Source: Camelus dromedarius
Lineage: Eukaryota
DNA: 64,000 bases
NCBI RefSeq assembly: GCF_036321535.1
Contig: NC_087451.1
Coordinates: forward strand, 41,974,001-42,038,000
Direction: 5' to 3'
A program made the position numbers and the translations under genes. The notes below the pieces were generated by a model that saw nothing but the letters and a program-made list of their open reading frames with translations, had not been told where the DNA came from and did not search any database. Shown here one piece after another: positions 36,344 through 47,654 of this stretch (position 1 is its first letter; each line of letters opens with the position of its first letter).

Positions 36344-36502
36344 GGTCGTGTCACTAAAGGTGTGTCAGAAATAATGGGTGGGGCATGAGGCAGGGGAGGG
36401 GTGCACATGTAGCCAGGCTGCCATATCGCTTGGGTTTCCATTCAGCACACCAGGCCAGAGCCCCACTGGCCTGGGTCGCTGTGCCCAAATCGTCTGCAGA
36501 TC

Positions 36503-37709
<1,207 letters not shown>

Positions 37710-38009
37710 TAAGAATTGCTTTTCCTCATTTGTTCTCTGCATCCTGCCTGACCTGGCAGCCTTTCTTTGAGGTCTTCCTGGGTCTTCCTCATCTCCCTAG
37801 TTCACATTGACTGTTTTTACCTTTTGTCTTATAAGCAATTTCTTATCTTCATTTGCCTTCTTACTATCATTCCTTCTTCTCTAGTCTTTTACTTATAATT
37901 GCCCTTATTCTTTTTCCTTCTCTATTTTTTACTCCATTATTTAATTTCTTAACATCTACTCTTCTCTCATTTTTGCTCCATCCTCGTTCCAGCACCATGT
38001 CCCTCTCCC

Positions 38010-39055
38010 CATCCCATTGTGGGTAATACAACAAAGTGGTTAAGAATAGAGATTCTGGGGTCAGACTACCTGGGTTTGAATCCAGGTCTGCCATTTGTTA
38101 GCTTTGTGACTCAGTTTTCTCATCTGGAAAATGGGGATTATCATAGTCACCATCTCATAGGATTTAGATGAGTCAATACATGTAAAGCTTTTTTATCAGT
38201 GCCTAGCATATATCTGAGTGTTAGCCATTATTATTATTTGATCCCTCAGTTATATTGAGAACTCATCTTTACCCTCTGGATTTCTATATATAGCACCCAA
38301 TTTATGCCCAACCCAAAGCTAAGTACTGTGGGAGCCACAGAAGTATGGCATTGTCTCCAGAAAATGACAGTGATAGGTGGGAAGAAAGGGAATACACCTT
38401 AACAAGGAGGTGATGTGTAATTGAGTATTAAAAGAGATACAGAGAGGTGCTGTAATTAACCAGAACCTGGAATCACTGGGGTGTGGAGGTCAGGGGAAAC
38501 TGCACGGATAAGCTAAAACTTTAGCTGGGATTTAAAAGACTGGCTGTGATTTGTTAGAGTAAAAATAGGGAGTACAGTCTAGGGAAAGATGTGGTTGCAG
38601 GAATCATCAGGATTTAATAGATCAATCTAGCTGTAAAGAATTGGGTTAGGCAGCAATGAAAGATATGCTTATGAAAGACCTTGACTGTCACAAATGGGGG
38701 TTTGAAAAATATGCTATAAGATACAGGGAGCCATTGAAAATTTTCAGGGAAAAGAGATAAGTGATTAAAATAAGAAGCTTATTTTAGATTCCAGATGTAA
38801 TGTGATCTAGAGAGGAAAGTTTGATCCAGGGAGACCAAATAGAATGCTGTAGCAAAATCTAGGAGGAAAGTGAGAATGGGCTGAATTGGAGTGGTTGTGA
38901 CAGGAGCAGAAGAGAAATCCTGAGAGCACTACAAAGGAAAAACCGACAAGATTTAGTAACTGTCTAGAGTTGGTGGGGTGGGGGGAGGTGTACAGGAAAG
39001 AGAAAAATCAAATATGTTGATGAGGAGAATGATGGTGGTACAACAGGTCGAAATA
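38010..39055. mobile_element. MIR and L2 fragments between LRRC37 copies 1 and 2
   Basis: GGGTTTGAATCCAGGTCTGCCA MIR core and purine-rich reversed L2. Confidence 0.6.
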
Positions 39056-39058
39056 CAG

Positions 39059-39738
39059 TTGGGAAGGAGAGCTTGGACCCTGGGAAAAAGCCTGACTCTG
39101 GTTGGATCTCCACCCTGACCTAATAAAGGTCATGTCACTAAAGGTGTGTCATAAATAAAGGATGGGGCGTGAAGCAGGGGAGGGGCGCACATGTAGCCAG
39201 GCTGCCATATCGCTTGGGTTTCCATTCAGCGTGCCTGGCCAGTGTCCCACTGGCCTGGGTCACTATGCCCAAATTGTCTTTGGATCATGTTTCCACATGT
39301 TTTTTTTTTTTTTTTTTTTTTGCTGCGGCTCTTTGCTTGGCAACCACTCTGGCTTCTGGCCCAGGGAGTTCAGCCCCTGGAATGGTCCCTGGACTCTATC
39401 CAGCTGACCTCCAACTCAGAGCTGGGGGACTTTAATTACTCCTTTAATTCCTTCTCTACAGCCTCATCAGGAGTTGACTGAGACTTTGCTTCCATACCCA
39501 GACAGGAATACAGATGGAGAGCTGCCCACTGGGCCGTATCAGTTTGCTGTTCCACGTCAAGATGGGAATGACACGCTAACCCAGCATCAAAAGCTCCCAG
39601 AGGAGGTTCCAGTGGTAGGCTGGGGTTGGAATTAGGTCCCAGCTCTGTCTCCTCAACCCAAAGGTAGTAACATTAAAGCTGCAGACGTAGATCAAGCTGA
39701 AGATCACCAGTCATCTCTACGAGGTAAGAGTTCAAAAC
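39059..39738 (+). pseudogene. LRRC37A: Duplicate of RDM1 3' end plus LRRC37 5' segment (copy 2)
   Basis: Aligns by eye to about 36275-36965, including CCTAATAAAGGTC; T-run insertion at about 39299-39321; 16-nt deletion near 39462. Confidence 0.87.
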
Positions 39739-40640
39739 TCAGGCTGCCGTAACGCTTGGGTTTCCACTCAGCGTGCCTGGCCAGTGAGGGTCGCTGTGCC
39801 CAAATCATGTGCAGATCATGTACACATGCTTTTGGTTCCCATGACCCCTCTTTTGTGTGGCAACCATTGTGGCTGCTCTTCCAGGCAGTTCAGCTCCCGG
39901 AACGGTCCCTGGACTCTGTCCCACTGACCTCTGACTCCCCTGGGCTGAGTGAGACTTGTCTTTTGCAATCCTCTAATCTCTCACCTGAATCTCCCCATGC
40001 GCTTATCAAGGGGTGCGAAAACCTGCGACCCCACTGAGGAGTCTTCTCCAATCCAACAGGAGTTCCCAGCCCCACTCCTGGAACACATTAGGGACAAAAC
40101 AACATTCTCTAGCCCAGCAGGAGGCCCCAGCTAGCCTTCAGAGCCACCTCAGGAGGTTGTAGCACAATCTCCAGTGCATCGTGAGTTGACAGTTCCAGCT
40201 CTCAAGCTGAAGCTCAGCATTCAAACTCGTCACAGTTAAACCTTTCAATCTGGGCCTCACCATAACTCCAGCAGCTACGATGGAGGGTGAACGTCCTACA
40301 GCCCTGAAGCAGACATGTGGGAGAACCCCGCTCAGCCTCTGGGGCCACCTGAGGAGGCTGTAGTACAGCCTTCATGGGTTCAGGCTGTGGCAGCTCCAAG
40401 TCCAGTTCAGGGTTCTAACTCAGGATCCAACAGTGCCCAGCAGAGTCGGGGCTGAGGCTTCAGGGCTGCAGCACTCTGGCAAGCTAGGGGGTGGGGCCGC
40501 GGAGGGGCGGGATGGCTGAGACGCCAATGAGCAGGGGCACAGCAGCCCTCTAATCCCACAGAGACTGGCCTTGAGACCACCCTGCTTCAGAGCCCTCCCC
40601 TTTCCCAGCCCAATCCCCATGCCACACTGACCCTAGCCTT
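39739..40640 (+). pseudogene. LRRC37A: LRRC37 exon-1 remnant (copy 3), degenerate
   Basis: WQPLWLLFQAVQLPERSLDSVPLTSD...SPESPHA followed by frameshifted LRRC37-type repeats (QQEFPAP, QQEAPA, AEAQHSN, VKPFNLGLTITP). Confidence 0.78.
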
Positions 40641-41934
40641 CAGCCTGCATTGCCACTAATGGCCTGTCCCTTCCATTTCCCACCTGTGACCTGGCCCCAG
40701 CCCTACCCCCACCCCTCACCAACGGTCTTGCGTAAATGCAGCCTCACCCTGCCTGGGGAGGAGAGCCCGAGGGTCCCCCAAATGCCCTGCCTTCTGCCTT
40801 GCCTGCGGTTGACCACTTGGGGCTGGAGAGGAGGGCATCAAGCTGTGACACCCCCCAGGAGGAGTTGAAGGTTACCGGGACCTGCCCTTTGGAGATACAG
40901 ATGGCCATGGGCAGAGGCTGCCGCAATTAACCGTTGTGTCAGTGTGAAAAGGAGTCCCAAGGATTAGAAACAAAAAAACCAGAGGTCACCTCTAATCTTT
41001 CTTGACTGAACTTTTACAAGGCTTCACTCAGCACCTGCTGACTGCAGGCGAGGCCTGGTGGCCCTCTAGTTTGACGCCACGCTGTGCCCCTTTATGACTA
41101 CTTTTCACCCCGTCAACCTCTGGTCTGTTCTTGTGTTTTTCTTCTCTAAATTATAAACCTACATCCCAAACATCTATTATCTCCCACCTCAATCATGCCC
41201 TACAGGTACGATTTAAGAGGACTGGTAATCAGCCCAGCCACTTCCTAAACTATGTCACCTTGGGCAAGGTACTTAACCCCCGTCTCAGTATCCTCATTTG
41301 TAAACTGGGTATAACAGTCACAACCTCAGAGTACAACTGTACTGATTAACTGGCTAATGCGACTGGTGTACAGAGAGCACTCAGGAAGTGTGGGCTATGA
41401 TGAAGTCCCTCTGACCTTCGGGTCATGCCACGTGCCGCACACGCAGCTGTAGCCACTGTATCTCTTGTGTTTCCTCTGAGACTATGGCTGTGTCTAACCT
41501 CTACTTCTAATACTTCACACAGTGTCCAGCACACAGAAGGCGTTCAATAAGCTATTAACAGGAACTGATGGAGAAGCCGGCCCTGAAGAGCCCTGGTCAT
41601 TTAGGAAGCCAGTCTTGAGAATGTTCTCAGGAACCCGTCAGCCATAGTGCAGTCCTCCATGGAGTCTCCCAGCAGGAGGATGTTGCTTTTGCCCTGCAGC
41701 TGCTGGAAGTAGCTGGAGTTCTCGCACACAGGGCTGTTCTTGTATGTGTGCATGAGCTGGCCCTTGAATACCCCTAGGAAACCCTAAATCATCAAGACAA
41801 GGGACAGACAGAAGGGCTATAAGGATCCATCTGGGGCCAGTTTCCCACTGTCTCTGCCACAGAGGAAAGGGAATCCAGAAAGCCATAGATAGTGCCAGAA
41901 CTTCATTGCAGTCAAAACTCAGGATCAGCAAGCG

Positions 41935-42130
41935 AGGGCTCGTGGGCTAGATTTAGCCTGTTGGTAAATTATGTTTTACTGGAATACAGCCAGGCCCATT
42001 TGTATACATCTTGTCTATGGTGCCTTTTGTGTGCGACAGGGTTGAGTAGTTGTGACAGAGATTGTACTGCCCACAAAGCCTGAGATCTTTACTACCTGGC
42101 CTTTACAGAAGAAGTTTACACCCCCTGGTT
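41935..42130. mobile_element. MER58A-like hAT element
   Basis: TTTTACTGGAATACAGCC...GTTGAGTAGTTGTGACAGAGA...GGCCTTTACAGAA motif. Confidence 0.75.
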
Positions 42131-42879
42131 TAAACTAACAGGGACCATCAAATATTGTCAGTCACCTCCTCTGGCGGAGGCACATGGCCTGTGATGCAAG
42201 CACTGCTCCAGCTCACCTCAGCTGTGGGCCACACCCTAACCACGGGTCCAAGGGATGAAAATTCCAGCCATTGGTTTTAAGGGGAAGAAGTCAGAAGATG
42301 GGCAAGTCAGAGCAGCCCACCTCTAGCTCCAGAAAAACAAGTCCAAGCCAAGCCCTTGAGTACCTCGGATGGCACATGATCCACGACAGTGACATGGAGC
42401 CTGGGTGACCCCTAAACTAGGTCCTCCCTGGCAGAGAGCTGACTGTTGTCCAAACACCCAAAAGTGGGTCCTTCAAAAGTAACTGTCTTTAGATGGCATT
42501 AATTAATAAATCACTGTCCAGGAGGAAAGAAGCCAGACTGCCTTCCCCTCCCCCACCAGGGTTCATGTTTAGGGAGAAGCCCCCCAGCTGGCGGTCCCCA
42601 CCCCTCTCCCAGGCCCTGCCCAAATGAGATTTGACTCACGTTTTCATCAAGCTCCATGCAGTTAGCCACAATGTGGATGCTGGGGTGAAACACTTTTTCA
42701 TCTGCTGGATAATTTCTTCCACGGTATCTCCAATGCCCGTGGAGAAGATGAAGAGCGGAATGCTGTTCTGGAAGAGGGTGTTGAAGAACATCTTGTACCC
42801 ATTCCTGAAAAGAGATCAATGGGTTCTGAAATAGCACTGCCTCTGCTACTGTTCTTTATTTTCTACTTGGGTTACTTTA

Positions 42880-43110
42880 AAAAAAATTTTTTTAAACATT
42901 TTAAATTGAGGTACAAAACACATACAGTAAATGGTTAAAGTGCACTAATTTTACAAGTTCAGCTTAATTAATATTTACATATGTATACCCCCAAGTAATT
43001 ACTAACCAGATCAATGTTCCTTAGTGTCCCTTCCCAGTCAAAGCCATTTTGACTTCACATCACCATTGATCAGCTTTCCCTGTCCCTGAACTTCATATAA
43101 ATGAGCCCCT
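42880..43110 (-). mobile_element. Old L1M 3' fragment
   Basis: TTTTAAATTGAGGTA... L1 3' UTR motif. Confidence 0.6.
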
Positions 43111-45713
43111 ATTTTTTTGTTTGTTTGTTCCTGGATTATTTTGCCTTAGGAAATACAACCAGGCAGCTGTCCTGGGGCAGCTCTGCAGAGGAATACCCCA
43201 AACCGCCCCGGGCACTTACTGGGTCTGCACGTGTCTCTACTCCCCTGGCTTTCCGTGAGCTAGCGTCTTTCCCCAATCAGGACACAATCCTTGAGGGCAG
43301 GGACCCGTGTTGACTCCTTCTAAGTGCCCTCAACCCTCCTCCAGTAAAGAATGCTCCAGCAGAGAGAGCTGCGCTGTGAAGGCTACGGATGATCAAGGGT
43401 CCCAGGCTGGCCAGCTCGTGTCTGGGTAAAGAATGCCAGTCACCATGGGGACTTGGAAAGTCTTTTTACCATTGGGAACAAGGAGCTAGATACTGTTTGT
43501 TCTAGGAGATGGAGCCCTGGTCATATTCGCACCATACCCACTACTGGCAGACTCCTTCTGAGGAAACATTCAGGGGTAGACAATCCCCTGGCTGTGCCCA
43601 GAGAGGAAAAAGAAGACCTTCTCCACGTCAGCTGCTCACGGTGCCATGTCTCTTCTGACTCTTCCAGCAACAAACTCCACTCCACTCCTTCCCAGCCTTC
43701 TCTTCTGTGAGCAAACCCATTCCAAACAGTCTGGCAGAAATGTTTTCCAGAGCAGGCAGCTCACCTGAGTGTTGCATCGGACTCTCACCACCGGGGCTCT
43801 CTGAAAGCCCTGGACCTTCTGCTGCCATAGGAGAGCATGCAGTTTGGTCCACCCGGAAACAGACGCCCCACAAACCCCCCAATTCAAACCACTAAGTCAA
43901 GTGTCCTCTCCCATCTCAGGGCTGTGTCCCCTCTGGAAGTTCTGATGGCAGAGGAGGCCTCTTTTCCCTCAGAGCCACTTCCTGAAGAACCCTGGCTGTC
44001 CTTAAAGGAAGAGGGTGAGACAGCAACACAGCACAGTAGAGACGAGAGCTGGCGAGATGACACTGAGGTCAAAGCTCTCCTGAGTCCCTTCCTCTGTGAC
44101 CCCACTCTCTGGAGAACTGGGGCTTTGCCCAGTGACACTGGCTTCCTTAGGAGGGTTATCGCCCCAAAGCACTTAATACCCCAAACCAAAGGGCTTCTAA
44201 CTCATTCCAAAGATTCTCCGTAAGCCCCCTACTGTAGCCACAGCCACAAGTAACGCTGGCTGTGTCTGGTCAGTTAGCTCTAACACCTGGGCTTGTGGCT
44301 TTCGGTAAGGTACAGGAGCTTGCTCCTCAACAAAGCTCAGGAAAAACAGACCCTCTCCCAGACCAACCCACTGTGAAAGCCAGCGGCGTTTCACCACCAC
44401 CATCACTTACCATTCCACCATGTGGGGCAAATTCTCTTTGATGGTCCAGTGTGGGTCAATCTCAACTGGGTAATAGTGGTGAAGGAGTGCTTTGAGCTGC
44501 GACATTCAAAATGAAGAGAAAAGCCAGTAGTCCACATCAGGTTTTCCCCAGCAGAGGCTTACTGTGCAGTGTGAGAAAAAAAATCACACCTAGATGTGAC
44601 TTCATGTAATGGAGTGACTGGATCTGCACAGCTGAACTTCCCTCTGCACTCACCCTGAGAGAGTGAGGTCCAAGCATCAACCATATAAAGAGCTTTTGCT
44701 CTCAGATGAGAGGTTATTAGGATTTTGCTGCTGTGGCTGTTACAAATTAGGTCAGCATCACATCAGCACTTAACCAAGAAGAACTGATTTAATATTGTAT
44801 TTCCCCAAATAGGTACACTTCCTCAGGTGGTAGGTAAGATAACTTTGGAGGGGGGGAAATGGATAAAAACACTTTTCATTTGAGTAATTTTGGATTCATT
44901 TCAATGTTAGAAAAAGAAGGAAAACTAACATATCAAACTCATGCTTTCATAAAAGATTGTTTCTTTTTCAAGTTAATTACATTCAGGTCTTTAAAAGCAG
45001 GGCAATTTACACAGATATGGCAGAAATCACGCAAGTGAAACTGGAAGGCTGTAGTTTGGGACGCAGCATGTTAGGGGGTAACTGTCACACTGCCAACGTC
45101 AGGTGGACCACCTTCACGGGGAGCATCTATGTACCTTCTCTGGTTAAAGGTCACCTTCCACATGCCAGGAACTTCCACACTCTAGGGAAGCCACTACAGG
45201 GATCACGTGTCACACGGGATGGGTCAGTAACAATACCCAATAAAAATGGGAATTGATTAAGTAAAGAATTCTAATTTTAATATATGCATGGTCTCAAAAT
45301 ATGAGAGCAAATGGAATCCCCAATCATCAGTCCAAAAGAGGGTTAAATACCAAGCTTGTCGAAGACAGAAAATTCCTTAAATGTGTTAAGATTCTCAATG
45401 TTTTCTTGTGTGAGAATTTTTCTAAAAATATGAGAATTCAACAAGAATATAACTGTTGAAAAAGGAAAAGAAAGAATTCTTACATAAATTTTGCCTTTAT
45501 TAATTTCTTCAGGAACCCATCAGCACCAAGAATCTTAGTTTTCCCTAGCTTCTTTATCCTAGACAGAGCATTCAAACCTACTGTCTTATTTGTGGACGCA
45601 GCTTTCTGGAGGTTGCTAAAATCAGGGATGGGAGAAACCAAAAAAAGTGACTTGCCAAAGGTACTCAGTTACTGGAGAGGGAACCTACTTTAAGCTAAAA
45701 GTGGCATCCCCTG

Positions 45714-45823
45714 GTGGGAGGGAAATAGTTCAGTGGGAGAGCACCTGCTTAGCATGGACCAAGTCCTGGGTTCAATCCCCACTAACTCCACTTAAAAAAA
45801 AAGTGTTTAAAAAAAAAAAAAAA
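45714..45823 (+). mobile_element. Vic-1-type SINE
   Basis: tRNA-like head plus A-tail, in NT5C3B intron 2. Confidence 0.85.
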
Positions 45824-45879
45824 GGGCATCTCCAGAGAGACAGGCTTTAGAAATATAAGAGCCTCCCCAGCCATCCCCC

Positions 45880-46400
45880 AACCCCACCCGGCCGCCCCCA
45901 CCTTGCCCCCGGCGGTACTTGTAAGCGGTCTCCCCCACCCCTGCGGAGGGCGCCCACAATCTCCTGCACCAGCCCGGGCTGCCGCATCAGGACCGTTGCC
46001 TTCATCAAGGTGCTCACCTGTCCCGAGACCCGAGAGAACGGCTGACCTCGGCACGGCGCTGAGCCCATGGGGAGCCTACTGGCCGCGGTGACGCGGCGGG
46101 ACCCGGGTGGCCCGCTGTGGGTCTCGGAGAGCCGGAGGCTCGGGACCCGCCCTACGCCGGTCCCCTTCTTTCGCCTCGCCTCCTCCGTCATGGCGCTCAA
46201 ACGCTGGTCTGAGGCGTTGGGCCAACGGCCGCCTCGCGGCCGTACTGCACAGGCGTCGCCTCCCGCCTGGGCGGGGGTGGGCGTGCCGGGGGGGGGTGGG
46301 CGTGCCGGGGGTGGGCCCGCGGGCTGCAGGCCCGCCTACCCGCAGAGCCGCCAGAGGCAGGCGGCCTCGCGCGGTTGGCGCGGCGCGCTAGGTGAAAACC
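45880..46400. promoter_or_regulatory. CpG island at the NT5C3B 5' end, head-to-head with KLHL10
   Basis: CpG-dense, with GC boxes around NT5C3B exons 1 and 2. Confidence 0.75.
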
Positions 46401-46845
46401 CTGTTGGAGGGCCCTATGTTGAGGATGGAAAGGGTCCCAAGAGGTTGGGGTTCCGTGGTTGCCACTCTTTCTAGAGCAAAAATCCTAGCCAGAGCGGTCA
46501 TTTCCAGGCTTACAGTTTGCATAACAAAAGAGCTGCATGATGGGAGGGGACGTGAAAGAGCCATAAAGGGAGTTCTGTTGGACGTCCAGAAAGTGCTTCC
46601 TTCACCGGGCCCACTCCTCATCACAGAAGAAAATGAGAGGGCAGGAAAGTCATGGACAGCTGGGCCAGAAGGAAAGCCAATCAGCCTTAACTTCTCCCTG
46701 CTACCTCCTCTGACTTGACTTCCTTGAACTCAGTGTTTGGGGAGCCAGGTGCCGGGCTGTGGAAGAAGGTGAATGGATGCTACAGAGATGCGGAACTGAG
46801 CACCTGAAGTGGGCAACAGGAACTAGAGTAAATCAAAACTCATAT

Positions 46846-47345
46846 TGTTACTGAGTCCAAACTCGTTCTGCTAGCTTCACCACAGGCCAATAAATCGGGA
46901 GACGAGGTGTTGGGGCAAGGAATAGGACTTCATTCAGAAAGCCGGCAAACTAATGTCTTGGAGAACCGTCATCCTCCAATCAGAATACAGGGTCCTTTTA
47001 TACAGAAAAACAAGGGAGAGGATGTGGTTGGTTGTTGCAAAATTCTTGCTGCAGGAATTCTTTGTTTCTGCAGCTGTCCACGTAGGCCAGGTCATGGTAC
47101 TCCTGCAAAACTTCCAACAAAACAGAGGTTATTTTCTATTCTGCAACTTATCTTTATATAAGTGCAGAAGTGTTAATATCCTCAGAGCCTTGAGAGAAGG
47201 TTCTTCTGTTTACCAGACAGGCTAAAGGCAATATTCATTTACAAAAGGTTGCACAGCTGGCAAGAATAAGCCTAGAAAATGGCACAGTGGTTAGAGCTAA
47301 AGGAACAGATCCAATATAGAGTCAGATTTGTTTCCCTGTATTGTA
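46846..47345 (-). mobile_element. Solo LTR, ERV1-like (copy 3), between NT5C3B and KLHL10
   Basis: Reverse-complement homologue of copies 1 and 2; near-TSD ATAT/GTAT. Confidence 0.87.
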
Positions 47346-47654
47346 GTATGTGGTGTTGGTGGTCACAGTCCTGCTACTGGTTGCAGAAGGTGTGGGGTGG
47401 TCTTCAGCCTGAGGTGGTGTGTTGGGGGAGGGGAGAAAGAAGGAGGACAGGGACAGGAGAGAGTTCCAGAGCCTGAGAGCACAATCCTGAGAGTGATCTC
47501 ACTGCAGGCCCAGGATTCTGGAACTTTGGCTGCCTGACAGGCCCTATATGAAAGATGTAGTAGGGAAAAGGAGTGACAGCTGGCTAAAGGGGCCCCCCAC
47601 AACACTCCCCGACACCCTAGGAGAGTAGCCTCTCCCCACTGGTCCCAGGGTGCC

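Larger units (their letters stand above)
41597..46191 (-). pseudogene. NT5C3B: 7-methylguanosine phosphate-specific 5'-nucleotidase pseudogene; exon remnants 46191..46180, 46017..45919, 44496..44411, 43852..43765, 42804..42640, 41783..about 41597
   Basis: Remnants read MTEE / VSTLMKATVLMRQPGLVQEIVGALRRGGGDRLQ / LKALLHHYYPVEIDPH...HMVEW / WTK...QQK / NGYKMFFNTL...IPLFIFS / GFLGVFKGQLMHTY...LLLGDSMED. Exons 3, 4 and 9 not found; several indels and damaged splice sites. Confidence 0.9.

Noticed and set aside
40744-40926. Minus-strand ORF near the breakpoint as NT5C3B exon 9
   Set aside because: No similarity to the expected VEERRERYMDSYDIVL sequence.
45847-46200. 117-aa ORF read as an intact NT5C3B start
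   Set aside because: Read-through of exon 1, intron 1 and exon 2 in GC-rich DNA; the catalytic exon is missing.
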